The translations under genes were made by a program, and so were the position numbers. DNA of 63,999 bases, counting the filler, from Gonapodya sp. JEL0774 (Eukaryota), in assembly GCA_027604505.1 (NCBI GenBank). It is 6 parts of 6 records of this genome, joined end to end, with 100 filler letters (N's around TTAATTAATTAA, not from the genome) between each part and the next. Parts side by side here need not be neighbours in the genome. Positions count along the whole stretch, not along the records: positions 22,300 to 33,318 come from JADIIX010000368.1; positions 33,419 to 44,436 come from JADIIX010000369.1; 4 more parts are not named here. One strand, written 5' to 3'. Positions 23,077 through 36,493 of this stretch are shown here, piece after piece (the stretch's first letter is position 1; each line of letters begins with the position of its first letter). Below the pieces are notes generated by a model. That model ran no database searches and was not told the DNA's origin. It was given only the letters and a program-made list of their open reading frames with translations.

Positions 23077-25960
23077 TTATCTTGTCCCTCCGACCTCCTC
23101 CACTGTGACCGCTCCTTCTCGCTCACCACCCTTCACTACTCCAACCCGCTCCAACGCCATCCACCCATCCCTGCCGCCACCCCACTCCAGCAGCTCCCTC
23201 CTTATCGTCTCACCCGCTGCTCTAAACCCTTCGCTCCCAAACGGATGCGGCGCCAAGATCTGTGCGTTTATACGACCCGCCCAGCGCCGTGACCAGAGAT
23301 ACGAGTAGTAACCTGCGCCGTACGCGGCCAGATGCGCAAACCGAGCGTGTGACGTGTCTTTCAGGGCGTTGGGATCCCCAATATCGATTGGGAACGCGTC
23401 GTGCGAGGTCCTGACTGCCCGCGCAACATCCACCGAAGTCCACCCGTCTGCCACGATTTCCCGTGCACTGCCATGCAGACGTTGGTCCATCGCTGCGAGG
23501 CGGATCTGGTGTTGAAGGTCCATGGCGGGTATGGCGGCCGCGGTCGGGAAAGACGGGATTGCGATCGAGGTCAGTAGTTCGTGGAGTATGGAAGGCACTT
23601 CCACCAGATCAAGAGCACAGCGGGTACCCGACACGTGCTGGAAAGGAGGACGAGCGAGGAGAGCTGACATGAATGAAAGAAGGACAACGTAAAGCTTTGA
23701 TCCGACAGAGGCACAGTTTCATATGACTCACAGTGGACAGCGTGACCCATTTCGTGAAACACGGTTTCCACTTCTTGTTCGCTCAATGTCCTCCCCACAC
23801 TCACCCCTACAACTACGACTGGCATCTTGTACAGCCCAAGTTCCCCCCCAGCACCTTTGGCCTCCTTCGCCTCCGCTCTCATTGCACTCTCCACCTCATC
23901 TGCTACCAGCCATCCATCATCGACCGTGTCCCAGTCTATTCTTCGACCGCACCTTACAGTGTAGTGCGCTGCACCACCACCTTTGCCATCCCGTTCACCT
24001 GCATCCACATATACCGTGCCGAGAAATCCTTCGTGCTCATGCACCGCATCCAGGCGAATGACAGAATCATGCCAAACCTCGCCTGTGCCGACGGTGGTCG
24101 GGACGAAATGTACGCCATAAAGATGGTGGAACAGCACGGAGACACGTGAGAGGACGGTTCCAAGGGTGAGATTCGGAATACCGGAATACGTGACTGTATC
24201 CGAGGTTAGCGAGAGGGTGGGGTCCGCCGCGATTGGGACGGTGTGGCTGCCTGCGCCAAAAACAGTTCGGAAAGACGCTGAGGTGGTCTTCCTGGGCATG
24301 AGGGACATCAAGTACGCCCGATCCCATGGAGCCACGAGTCCTTCCTCCCCACGGGCTTTCTTTACTGCGGCGAGCTCATCCACCTCTCTTCTCGCGCGAG
24401 GCAAGTTCTCCGCGTTCAACCTATCTAGAAACGATTCCACCACACCTCGTGAACCCGCCATCGTTCCTGCCAAGAAAGCGTCTGCATAACTGTCGAATCC
24501 GGTTTCCAATGCAAGTTGGGCACGGAGGTTGAGCATGGAGTCTAACGCCGCGATTTGGGTTGGGGGTGGGTTGTTATAGGCGGTGTAAACAAGTCGTCGG
24601 GTAGCAGCGACACGACATGTACGAAGAATATGAGGTATCGCAGAGCCAGTTGTGGGTGCGATGGCGGTTCCTTGTGGTAATCGAGCACGTGCAGCGGATG
24701 CGACGGCTTCTCGAATAAACCCCGCTCCACATCCTGCTAAGTCGCGCCATGGGTTGTCAAAGATGACGTGGGGTTGTGCAGGTGTGTGAGACCCTCGAGC
24801 AACGCGATGGGCGAGGTTGAGTATTTGGTCGTTAAGGGAAGCAAAGCGAGAGAGTTTTGCGGGATCAGTGATGTGAATACCGGAGCGGCGGAAGTCGGCC
24901 AGGAGAAGTTCCGCAACGCGAATTTCAGTGGAGGACCAAGTTGAAGACAGGTTTGGGGTGGAAGAAGCAATGTGTAGTGTCTGGGGGGACAGAAAGTGAG
25001 GCGTTTTTACAGGTCTATTGGTCCATCACTGGGAAAGCCTCTAAAAAGAGACTTCCATCGTCGTCAGTATGCTCTGACCGTGATTGGACCGAAGGGTTGG
25101 GTTTATGACATCCGAGCATCACAAAAACCTTCACCTCAAACGGTTCGAACGAACATCCGGATCACCTCAAGGTCAAAACGTACCTCATAGAGCTCTCTAT
25201 GGGTATTCAACCTGTTCAGCACTGCAGATACCTCCTCATGGGCAGCTTCCGCGGACCGCCTCCACTCTGGCTCCGGATGCAGAGACCTCACGACCTCTGC
25301 TGCGTCCACTACAGCGCACACCTCATCCGAAAGTCGGTCCAGACGTTTCACAACTCTCACGAGCTCTGATGCATTGGAGGCCGTTGATGTGACATGGTCC
25401 ACAATGAGGTTGGCACGGGCGACGGCTCGGCGAGCAAGCTCGAGAAAAGAAATAGGAGAGGTAAGTCCAGGAAGAGAAAAGAGACCAGGCGATGGGTCGA
25501 TTGTTTCGTAACGTGTCGATGAGTGCGAAAAGGTACCGTGACTGCGTGCAGAGTGGGGAGAGTCCAACAATCGATCCGCTGGTGGCTGACTGCCATCAAA
25601 AACAAGTTGGATACGGCGAGCGGTGTCGGTCACATGTTGTGGTACTGGTAGCAATTGGGATCCGCGGGAATGGGTGTCCACGTTGATAGGCAGCACAGCT
25701 GCGGATGCTCCGGACGAGAAACGGGAGGGGCTCGAGCGCGAGGAAGGAGATGATGATACGAGCAGCGATGAAATCGTATAGCCATGGAATTTTCGCGTCC
25801 CCTGCAGCCGCGACGAGCTTTCCCTTGCAGTCGCGCGCACACGCAGCTCTCGGTACGAAGGTCGATCCCGGACACGGACTCCAAGTCCCCTCATAGAACA
25901 TGATGCAGTAGTCACTGTCCCGAGAGACCGACAGGCCCGCTCCCGGGCAAATGTGGACAT
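23077..25960 (-). CDS. OCT1: Mitochondrial intermediate peptidase (peptidase M3), multi-exon
   Basis: GLFSLPGLTSP, LDRLSDEVCAVVDAAE, LNTHRELY, AHYTVRCGR, zinc motif FHEMGHAVH, VSGTRCALDLVEVPS, HLAAYGAGYYSYLW; Arg/Ser-rich presequence-like N-terminus. Confidence 0.92.
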
Positions 25961-26106
25961 TCCTTATTAGTTTCAAGGGGGCTTTTTGTTCCGGTTACGT
26001 TTCCTGAACCCACAGCTGATTCTCCTTGCCATTTCAAATTTCGCAACCCAAATTCGCCTCTCTACAATCTCCTGGTCTGCTCGCGTCTTTTCGACAACCG
26101 AAACAA

Positions 26107-27267
26107 ATGCTACCGGCCACTTATCTTGCTGGCCTACCCCTCGAAACGCTCAAATCAATCGCAGACTACCTTCCCGTCATTTCGATCCTCCGCCTTGCCT
26201 CCTCCCGCTCATCCCTTCGTCGTATCCTCGGTATTTGCAGTATATGGGAGACCCTTGACTTTACCGGTGCGGGCGATCGCCTCACTGACGAGGAGTACAT
26301 TCGTTTTCTTCACCGGCTGGAGGAGTGGACAACAGGTGGAATACGGAACTCCGATTCCCAGCGGGATTGTCTCACTACTATCGAAATTCGTGAACTCATA
26401 TTTGACAGTGCTGCCATCACTTGGCGGACTGTCCGTCAAGCCCTCTTCCTCCCAACTCTGGTGAAGCTGTCAATCCGCGACTGCAAGAACGTTGATATGA
26501 GTGAACTATTCTACTCGGGATTTAACCTCAAGTGGTCGGAACAGGAACTTCCCCCAGAGGAAAGGCAGTTGAAGCGCTTGGATTTTCGGGGGGTCCACAG
26601 GGACAATGACTTGGACTCTATACGAGCGACACACAGAGGCATCAAGCAGGTGTTCCCCGGAATCCACTCTGTCAAACCGGCCATATGCACAAAGTGTTAT
26701 TTGCGGGTGGCTGTGGAGAGTTTTCCGCTCCCATCCACGCTCTGTCCTGCTTGCATACGAGAATCGATGTGCCGCGGTTGCGGCATTTACTACAACGATG
26801 ATCCGAGACCGCCACTCCTTTCGTTGGACTGTGGTGTCGGTGACTGCCAGCTCCGCGGATTCTTTTGCAAGGCTGTCTGTGCAGCAGAGTGGTGGGTTTG
26901 CCACGAAGGGGACTGCGAACAGCCTTGCTGCCCAAAATGTGTAGAAGGCAAATCATCCTACTGCACCAAGTGCGGAAAGGGACCGCTGTGCCTTGAGCAC
27001 TTTGGTAAGGCGTTTTGTTGCAGGGACGAAGGCTTCTTGCCCTGTCCATCTTTTTGCGAGAGCTGCCAATCAGACCTACCGGGTTGTATTTCATGTGGTG
27101 AGACGCTGTGTCCAGTTTGTAACAGTGGAAGTAAGATATGCTGGGACTGTAATCCCGATGGAGACGAAATTATTGATGAAGAGGACGTGGTAGATGAGGA
27201 CGGGCTAGATGAGGAAGGGCTAGATGAGGAAGGGCTAGATGAGGACGAATTCAGGACCCGAGAATAG
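26107..27267 (+). CDS. F-box protein with LRR-like middle, Cys-rich CxxC region and acidic tail
   Basis: LAGLPLETLKSIADYL F-box, IWETLDF, LVKLSIRDC, many CxxC pairs, DE(D/E)GL repeats; the first in-frame ATG is 26107 (the ORF track starts at an alternative codon, 26026). Confidence 0.8.
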   Translation: MLPATYLAGLPLETLKSIADYLPVISILRLASSRSSLRRILGICSIWETLDFTGAGDRLTDEEYIRFLHRLEEWTTGGIRNSDSQRDCLTTIEIRELIFDSAAITWRTVRQALFLPTLVKLSIRDCKNVDMSELFYSGFNLKWSEQELPPEERQLKRLDFRGVHRDNDLDSIRATHRGIKQVFPGIHSVKPAICTKCYLRVAVESFPLPSTLCPACIRESMCRGCGIYYNDDPRPPLLSLDCGVGDCQLRGFFCKAVCAAEWWVCHEGDCEQPCCPKCVEGKSSYCTKCGKGPLCLEHFGKAFCCRDEGFLPCPSFCESCQSDLPGCISCGETLCPVCNSGSKICWDCNPDGDEIIDEEDVVDEDGLDEEGLDEEGLDEDEFRTRE

Positions 27268-27475
27268 ACATTGCTCAAATTGGCTATCGTATTATAGAAT
27301 AGAATTTTTAGTGTCGCAACCGCTTATCTATGTTTGTTGTCAGATTTGTCTGGCGAATGATTTGTGTTCGAGTTAATTGATTTATACTTATTAATAAACG
27401 GCCGCGATCAGCGTCTTACATGGTGAGAGAAGCCCCTGGCACCACATTCTTATCCCATGGCTACAATTGCTCGTC

Positions 27476-28969
27476 TCAACGGCTTCTGTACCCCTCAGAC
27501 ATCATTTCCAAGAGGTTCCGTACGAACTCGTTCCGTACAGCCGGCTCCCCTTGATTCACAGGTGTTAAATCAGAAAGATAGCTCTGAAAACCAGGTAGCG
27601 CTGGTAATGGCTTCTCCATGTCGTTTTTGGTGTCGTTTTTGGCGATAGAGCGGTGTTCGAGAAGTGCACGAGCCACCTTCTGCGATGAAGTGTCGAAGAC
27701 AATGAATGTCAGTGCAGAGAGCCAACCAGCACTGAGTGTCATGATCTCTGCGACGGAAGACACAAGCTAGAATGATTTCGAAGCAAGCAAACACCCACAA
27801 CGCAGATGTTACCTCCTAGGAGATACAATCCACGGAGCTGGGTAAAGTTGGCCACGGCGTGAACAATGACGCCAACGCCACCGGACATAATGATGACGAT
27901 GGGATACTGCCAACGAGATCGGTCGGGCATATGAAGTCTGACGCGATGTTCATTCGGCGCTCACCAGCACCAGCCGCTTGGTCATCATATCCAGGTCCTC
28001 AGTATATTTGCGGTTACTCGCAAGAACAGTCGAGCCTGTGACCACGCGAAAAGCTTGCGAGTCCAGATCTACTGCTGCTCTGTTGCGTGCGAAGTGCGAC
28101 GCGACGAGGGTGATCACAATCGTGTCGTAAACGCTAAAAGATGATCCCCAGTCGAGTCAACATCGATAATCTGGAGGACCCCAGAGAGCGTACGCACATC
28201 ACGAATCCAACACTAACAATGAGCACAACCGATGCAAAACCTCCATTCTGGATAAGCCAACAGCTGCGAGTGGAGCGATTGAATCCGGCGCTGCATACAT
28301 CCAACAAAATGATGTTTGGTTGGCATGGATAAGCGGGCGGCACGAAAAAACAAGGTCGCCTACCCATTCAAGGTTGAGAATCCTGTTGCAAAGAACCAAG
28401 CTAGTGGAAAGGTGAAGGCGATGATATCACCGATCCGACCAGGAGGACGCTTACGATTGAGTACAAGTGAACGATAAAGAATAGTTATGATAGTTGAGGA
28501 CGAGGAGTAGTCTCCCGCGAATCCGGCTAAAGCGAAGAATACACTGGCACTGGTGAGGGGTGGATCAATTTTCGCAAAGCCATGGTTGCCAGTTCCACGC
28601 GCACGCCAATTATAGATCAAGGGAAGAAATAATACCTGCATGCTCGTGACGGTGCTTCCACAAAGTGAGCAGCGACGATGCCAGCCGATCCAATTATGTT
28701 GCTGAGAAACAAAAAGCATATTAGCTTGTGTAGAGTGTGTTGGACGAGGGGGAGGCCCACGCTTGACAAAGTGTGGAGAAAGCACCATTACGAGGGCACA
28801 TACTCGTCAGAGGAAGAGCTACAAGAATCGCGCACCTGTAGGCGATCCCATAAAGGCAAAGGACCAATACATCACCAATAACTGTGAGGGTGAAAGGTGC
28901 CAGACTAATCGCTCCCTGCACTCGAGGATCCTCGATGGTTGAGAACGTAGCAGTCATGGCAGACTCCAT
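27476..28969 (-). CDS. Putative 7-TM GPCR, cAMP-receptor-like/Git3-like, multi-exon
   Basis: Spliced exons give about seven hydrophobic segments, a Cys at the TM3 start (SRAC), SCWL in extracellular loop 2 and a TM7-like GWLSALTF; some exon boundaries uncertain. Confidence 0.6.
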
Positions 28970-29547
28970 TTCCGCATCGGTGTTCAAATTTGAGACAGTG
29001 AGTTGTAGTTTGAGATTTGCTTGCTGTCCATTTCATTCAATTGTCGGCAATGTAGTACGTGGGAACGGACCGATGGCGACTCACTCAATCGCTCTGATAC
29101 GATGATGACTAGCGGCTTGTGCCAAGGTTCTTAGACTTGAAAATGAGGGAGGAATGATCTCGAAGTGAGGAGACCTGAGGACAGGTCGACGGCACGAGGA
29201 CAGGTCGACGGCAACCGCCAGTAAGGTCCCCACTATAAAAGGAAAAATTGATTCGAACAAGACATCGGTTCGATTCGTAATCTGTCTACAATTCGCGTGT
29301 GTTGCAGCAATTTCTTGCTGAGTCGTATGAATTACCAGCGCACCTCGGTATCACGACCGTTAGTACCTCTATCTGTCTAATGTCTTTCGGCACAGGTGGT
29401 GAGGACTACACAGGCCCTCGAAACATACTTACGACAACTGCATACTGCGACAAATCCATATTGCGACGGGAATGTAAGGCTTCAGTGGAAATACCACCGT
29501 CCAACTGGTGCCTCTTACAATAATGTATATCTGCAAATGTGCACAAT

Positions 29548-32460
29548 TCAATTTACCCGTTTCTTCAGGTGAGCAAACTCTCTTTCCCGGAGAAGGAACT
29601 TTTGTATCTAGATATCATAATAAATGACGTTCCAGATGATATCAGTAATAAGCAGCCTGCACAGGCTCTTGATGATGCTCACCTTCCCAGATCCCGTCTT
29701 CGGCAGCTCCATTTCAAGTTGAACTCGTGCGGGGCACTTATAGCCTCCGAGGAAAACGCGACAGTGGCGGAGAATGTCACTGTAGATGAATCAACATATT
29801 CAGCACATGGATCAAGATAATCAAAGAATGCATATGCGAAAGCAAACATGCCGCACCTTTCAATTTCACCGGGCTCGTACCCGCCATGCTCCACTACTTC
29901 CTTTTTGAGAACCACAAACGCCTTGTGAGCAATTGCGAAACAAGTCGACTCTCAGTCATTACATCGGTGACTCGGCACAACAGTTCTATCGCTCTCACCT
30001 TTGGCCTCTCGCCCCACGTGTCATCTGGCGTTGCCACCACAGCAACCTCCAGTACTTTGGGATGTCTCGCAATCGCCTGCTCTACCTCGATACTGGAAAT
30101 GTTCTCCCCACCGGAGATCACAACGTCCTTCTTTCTGTCGCGAACCTCTATGTAGCCATCGGGGTGGCGGACAGCTGGGAGTGGTATAGCAGAGGGAGAA
30201 GGCTCGATGAATACGGAGTTGCATTTTATAACCCAGTCACAAGGATGTATCCACAAAAGCTCACTCACCGATATCCCCTGAATGAAGCCAACCTCCCTCA
30301 AATGCCCTTTTCGTTGCTTCTTCATCCTTGTAATATCCCGTCATGATGGCGTTGCCTCTCCAGACAACTTCGCCCATTGTGCGGCCATCCCACGGCGTTT
30401 CAACCATGTCCTCATCCACGACCTTGAAATCGTCAACGGTGACACACACATGGCCCGGTCGAGCCATTTTCAGAGCCAAGTCGTCTATGGAAAGGTGCAG
30501 CCATTCGGGTTGGATCGGACAGTTGACGATCGGACTAAATGATGTTGTTGGGAGATTTATGTAGCCCCGAAGCCTCAACCACTCATCGAGGAGTTATGAC
30601 ATAAGGAAATAACACTGACCCGCTTGTCTCCGTCATCCCATACACGTGTATGATGGGCCATATTCCCAACTCTCTCATTCTCCCCAATAAGGTCGGCGCA
30701 GGGGCGGAACCACCCGTCAATGCAGTCACACCGTGCGACACAGTTTGAGCATGTGAATTATTGACGAGGAAAGCTTGGACCTAGATAAATCAATAAGCAA
30801 AGGACACGCGTGCATACAAAAACGTTTCACCGACGAAGATGCTCACAGTTGGCGCTCCCACGTAGTGCGTGACCTTCTCTTTGGTGAGGAGTTCCCACAT
30901 GTGATCGTAATCTATCTTACGAACGGGGTAGAAAGTTCCAGCAACAGCTAGGCATGTGACGTTGTGGTGCGTGGTTGAAACACCGTGACGAACCGGTTGG
31001 GCCAGAGATCAAGCATTTTCCGACGGTGGTACCGTTACGTGTTCGTTCACTGCGTCTTCGACGTGGTTTGGCAGCGCTCACCAGTGAGTGCCCATGGAAA
31101 CATCCATCCATTGCAGTGGCTGGCCAGAACGCAATTCGTTTGAATTGAGTGATCCAATCCGTTCTATACCTCGGGCGAATCCAACCAGGAACTCACAACA
31201 TCGGCACCACGAACATAAACCTCGAGTCAAATCCCAGCCGCGTACCAATCACAACATTGAGTGCAGTGAGATAACATCCTCGGTAGGTGTATTGTACACC
31301 CTTTTGTCTGGAGGAGAGGGACGAAAAATGTTCGTTGAGCAGCGGAAAGAATGAAATTTCACAGTAAGGGAGTGGATTGGCATCAATGCACATCATCGAG
31401 TGATTTATACAAAATGCGCTTACGTACTTTCCTGTTGTGCCTATAGTGAGGATAAGTGCCAACGAGGTCAATCCAGGGAAATGAGAGCTTACGATTTCAA
31501 GCAACGAATGCACTCACCGCTGGTGTAGTTTATTGATATGGTTGCCATTTCATCCTTTAGTGGCTCGAACTCCTCCCAAGCTCTCACCTCCCCGTCTACT
31601 TCTTCGCTCACAGAGTCCAGAAACTTCTCAAAGCCATCCGTTCTCGACCACCCGGAATCGTCGGTGACAACCAACTTCCCAGGATCTCTTCCCAATCTTG
31701 CCCATTCCTTCTGTAGTTCGCCTTGAAAGGTAAGTTCGTGATCCACGATGAGGAATGTCGATTCGGAGTTCTCAAGGATGAAAATCACTTCTGGTAGGGC
31801 CAGACGGGTATTCAGGGTCACAAGAACTCCGCCAGCGAGGGGAACCGCAAAATGAGCGTCAAGAGCAGGTATAGTGTTGGGACTGGGACGGTTGGCTTGA
31901 TCAGTAATTTCATGGACAGCAGAATCTGTTCAATTGATTCGAACCATAGGACTGCAACCTTGTCGCCCTGTGCCAATCCAACTTTAAGCAAGGCTGAACC
32001 AAAGAGGCGAACGCGGAAGTGGAACTATTGAAATTACGATATCCCTTGTCACATCGCCGTTTCATAGAATGATCATGTTGATCACGCCATTACTCACTTC
32101 CTTATACTTGATCTCCCAGTCCCCATACTTTATTGCAATCTTATTGGGATAAACTCGCGCGGCCCAATCAAGAAAAGAGATGGGGTTGAGGGGGGTATAG
32201 GACACGGATTCTGGAATAGGCAGCTTTCTTGCCAACCCATGGCCTGTTCCCAAGAAGTAGGATTAAAGGCTATAATGATGGAGAAGATCTTAATAGATTG
32301 AAACTGCAAGCGTTTTATTACCTATATTTCCCGGGTTGAAAGCGTCAAACTTGGAGATACGACGAGGACCAATTGTCGAAGACACGGTCGCAATCGCCAC
32401 ATCAGGCTCCGAGCGAATGTCTTCCGCTGACGTGAGATCAAAAAAAGTATCCGCTGCCAT
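29548..32460 (-). CDS. AMP-binding acyl-CoA synthetase (acyl-activating enzyme type), multi-exon
   Basis: [77 protein letters not shown]; stop at 29548. Confidence 0.93.
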
Positions 32461-33495
32461 AGCCAGCGTGGGCTCAGGAACTTTTTCGGAGTCTTCTAGG
32501 AAGAATCATAGGAAGATCAGTTGGTTCGGTCACAGCGTGAAGACTTTCCAAAAGCTCTCCATACCGTCCGTAGCTCCGACAATTGATGATGACTTCTCCG
32601 TTCGTGTCATCGAGCGATCGTTAATGGTAAAAACTCGAGGCCGATACCGCAACGAGGGCCAGGTGATGTGGGAGAGTGTAATATATATAAAACCAGCGGG
32701 GATATATATGGAGTTGGCGGATGCACACAGATCAAGCACCTCGAATACTTACCTTCAATACTCTGTTTTCTCTAGTCTCGATTCCGCTGAGAATACCTTA
32801 CTTTTGCATGTGGTATAGGGAACTACGTAAAATTTTACGGCGGTGATTGAACCTGTGTTCTTCGCCCATCTGTGTAGAAACACCTGTTGTAACTGGCCAT
32901 GTCATAAAAAGTAGCAAGAATCTATCGTACATCAATTGTGAATAATTTACAAAAAGTCAATGCGAACGAATCTGGTGCGTTAAGATCCTACTGATGGGAC
33001 GTGATCTGTCCTGCGATGTTGCGTTCCGGAGCCATATATTTTGTACGAGAGAAAGCCAAACACAACACAGAGTGCTTCAGTGTTGTGGATGCGTTAGGGT
33101 CGGCGTCACCGGGCCACATTCCCTTCACCCGAGATCACACCCCGTAATACATCATAACCCTGACAACACGAGCATCGCTGTCAGTCTTCCGTCCAACGAA
33201 AAGAACAAGCAATTGGTTTAACGCACCTCACGCGTGATTTGCCCATCCTCGAACAATTGGTAGATCGTTTCTGGGTCAACTGTGCAGATGCGACACAACG
33301 AGGATGAGAAGTAAATGCNNNNNNNNNNNNNNNNNNNNNNNNNNNNNNNNNNNNNNNNNNNNTTAATTAATTAANNNNNNNNNNNNNNNNNNNNNNNNNN
33401 NNNNNNNNNNNNNNNNNNCGGAGGGAGACACCTATGCCACTTAGGCTTTTAATGGCACTCAGTGGCACTTAAGGCCACTTACCAGTTTCCAGACG

Positions 33496-33603
33496 TGTTT
33501 CAATTCAAACGTTCCTTATCCCATCCCACTGAGAATTTTTGTGGTGGAACGGTTGGGGATGGGGTGCGGATGTTTCAATTCAAACGTTCCTTATCCCATC
33601 CCA
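33496..33603 (+). repeat. 33-bp perfect direct repeat near scaffold start; probable transposon-end sequence
   Basis: TGTTTCAATTCAAACGTTCCTTATCCCATCCCA at 33496 and 33571; short G(C/G)CACT repeats at 33437-33480. Confidence 0.8.
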
Positions 33604-33930
33604 TCTGAAGCGTGCATGGTTCTGCGATAAGCCAGCAGGAGACTCTGCAACTCGTCACCAGAAGCCCGGGCCAATTTGGTCCAGTGGGTATATAAAGCGG
33701 TAAGCAAGAAACAACACAATAAATACGTGGGGTGACGAACACTGCAACGACCATCAATGTGCAATCTGCAAAAGTTTATTATGTAATATTCATCCACCTG
33801 AAAAAGCCCATATCTACATGTAGAAAACATGGGATCAAACCCTGCAAAACTTTGTGCATCAGCGAAGTGGGAAAAGCCAACGACAGATGGAAGAGGCAAA
33901 CACTGCACAACTAAACAATGCCTCAAATCA

Positions 33931-36493
33931 TTACCAAGGGCACTTGGAACTGGGTGCTTTTGGGGGGCTTACTACGTCCTCAATCTCTCCCGAGATCCCC
34001 GTCAAACCTTTCCCACCTCCTTTCTTCCAGTCCTGGACAGCCTCCTTCACCTTTTGGAAGTGATTCCGCACCATTCTCCCAATCGTCATTTTTGACTTGT
34101 GGCTCATTTTCCAATTCTGGACCTTGGCCGCTCCGGAAGACCGTGATGCGTTGGTGGCAGTCTTTTCCGATGAGGTGCTACTTGCGTTATGGTGAGAATC
34201 CCCTTCTTCGCCCAACCGAACTGCCGTCCGGTCCGAGCCCGCCGACATGTTTCTCGCCTGCACCACACCAACGCCCAGAGTGTCCGAAGATGCTGACAAT
34301 GTTGGAGCATGTGGTCCCGGTGTGGCCCAATCTGTACTCTTCCTGCTGCTGTTGAGCGACGTCCGATCATCCATGTCGGCATCCTCGGACAACAACTCTC
34401 CCAAAACCATCCGCTCTTGCTCCAAAACACACTGTGGTGGTTCCGTGCCTTGCATGTCGAACATCGCCCTCCTCACTGCAAAGAATTGCACGTCAAGGTC
34501 CTCAGACGTCATTTCGGGAGAAACACCGGCCTGGTTGATGGTCCAGAATTTCCTCAGCTCCAAGGGCAGGCTTGCGGGCGGTGCAAACGGCGACCCCTCC
34601 GGTATGCTATCGACTGCACTTTCAGTGTGGGCAGACTCGAACCAAGCATCCTCCGTGGGGAGTACTACGTTCGCCATATAAGGGTCTGAAACTAGTTCGC
34701 CAGCGGTGAGGCGGCCTACAAGTCTGGGGTTGAGGAGCTTTTCGACAAACCGACGCGAAGCTTGAGAAACATGCTCAGAGTCGAGCCACTCCAGGGGCTT
34801 CTTCTCCAACTTTAAGATCTCACTGTAAAGCTTCCGTGGCGTTTGCGATCGCTGCGGGTCATGAAGAAACGGGTTCAGAAAAACGGTTATCTGGTCACCG
34901 GATTCACATTGCATAACTCACGAAGGGAAAGAAGCCAACCAGCATGCCGTACATGACCACACCACACGCCCACAAATCACTCCATCCGCGTTCGGCATAA
35001 TATCCGCCACGTTCTGGGTAAATGGCTGTCTCCAAAATCTGCGGGGAACTATAGTTGATGCAGCCCTGTTGAGTTTGCTGGGTTACAAAGGGCATAACCC
35101 GATCAAAACGGATATCAAGATCAGAAAAACATACCACAGGCTCATGAAGAGGGACAGTCGGATGGTAGAACGTTGACAGGTTGAAATCAATGAGCATGAC
35201 TTGGAGAGTACTAGAAGCAAAAGCGCATCGACGTTCAACATAACAGAACGAGATTTGTAGAACTTATCACAGTGTAGCAGAAAAACTCACGTTGGGTCAA
35301 TAATGATATTGTCAAGCTGTTGCGCCGCCAGGTTGACAAGGTTCGGTGCAGACATTGTGTTTTAGCCACAAAACACAACAAAGAATTGCAAATTTCAAGC
35401 TTACTTTGATATCACGATGCACAACACGATTTGTGTGCATGTAGTCTGATAGATCGAGAAAGATCGGTGAGGTGCTCGAGATAATCAACTTTCCGTCGGC
35501 TTCAACGTTGAAAGGACAAACTCACCCAGCGTCCTCAGCAACTGCTTCATGATAACCTTGACTTCATTTTCCGGGAGCTTACCACCGCGCTCTCGAAGGT
35601 AATCAAACAACTCAATGCCCTTGGCCCGCTCCATAAACGTGTGGAACTCGCGATGCTCAGAATCAAATGCCCCGTCGTAGATTTTCACAATGGATGGGTG
35701 CCCGTACTAGTGCGATTTGAAAATGAGGGCTTCCGAGTCTGGTCACGCACGTGACATCCGACCTACCTTGACGTGACACGCGGCATCCAGTCCAGGGAAT
35801 GTGGGGTGTCTCCTCGACAAATGAATCAACGTCGTAAGCTCCCTGACCACATACAGAAACTGATGGCGGTTCTCGTCGTTAACATTCATATCTGTGTACG
35901 GCACAACCTTGGAGGACTTCAGAACAGCCCGGATGGGTACCGTCTTTCCCTCGTTGGTTACCACGGTGCTGGCTTCGGAGACGGAAGCAAAAGCGCCTTG
36001 GCCAAGGGTCTTGCCGATCGTCCACTGATGAAGAGAAGGAGGTCCCATAGTCATTGAGTACTGTTAGAGCGACGCTTCCGCAGCAACATAAACTCCTGAA
36101 CAAATGTCCGATGCAACCGAGGCCGCACAGCTAAATGTAAACCAGCCAGGTAAGACTGATTTCATGCCGTCCGTGACCCGGCGACTTTACGTAACCACTT
36201 CAGGTCTTCAGCAACCAGCACACCCTCGTGATCATCTCGCATCAACACACCTCTTGAAAATGCGCCCTAATAATCTTCTCTTTGTTCTTGTTATATCCTG
36301 TTTCACCCCTCTTCAAGCCATTTGCCGAAGGACTTTCGTCTTTTGACCTTTGCTCTGCATCTCGCATCAAAACCTGAGCAAGCAGCTTCGAAGTGCGCTG
36401 AGAGCTGAGCACCTGAGAGCGCTTATCGAAATATGAGACTTGGCGGAGGTCGAGGGGAATAGCTTCTGGCGGTCTCTGGACCTCGGCAGTCAT
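33931..36493 (-). CDS. Ser/Thr protein kinase (CAMK-like) with atypical DFN and SPQ motifs, multi-exon
   Basis: LGQGAFASV, AVLK, VVRE, HPSIVKIYD, VHRDIK|LDNII, IDFNLS, YSSPQ and DLWACGV; exon 36493-36251 splices in phase to 36060. Confidence 0.88.

Noticed and set aside
29177..29213. 18-bp direct repeat GAGGACAGGTCGACGGCA upstream of the GPCR-like gene
   Set aside because: Simple local duplication with no evidence of function.
36242..36493. Separate upstream ORF before the kinase
   Set aside because: It splices in phase (36251 to 36060) into the kinase frame, so it is more simply exon 1.
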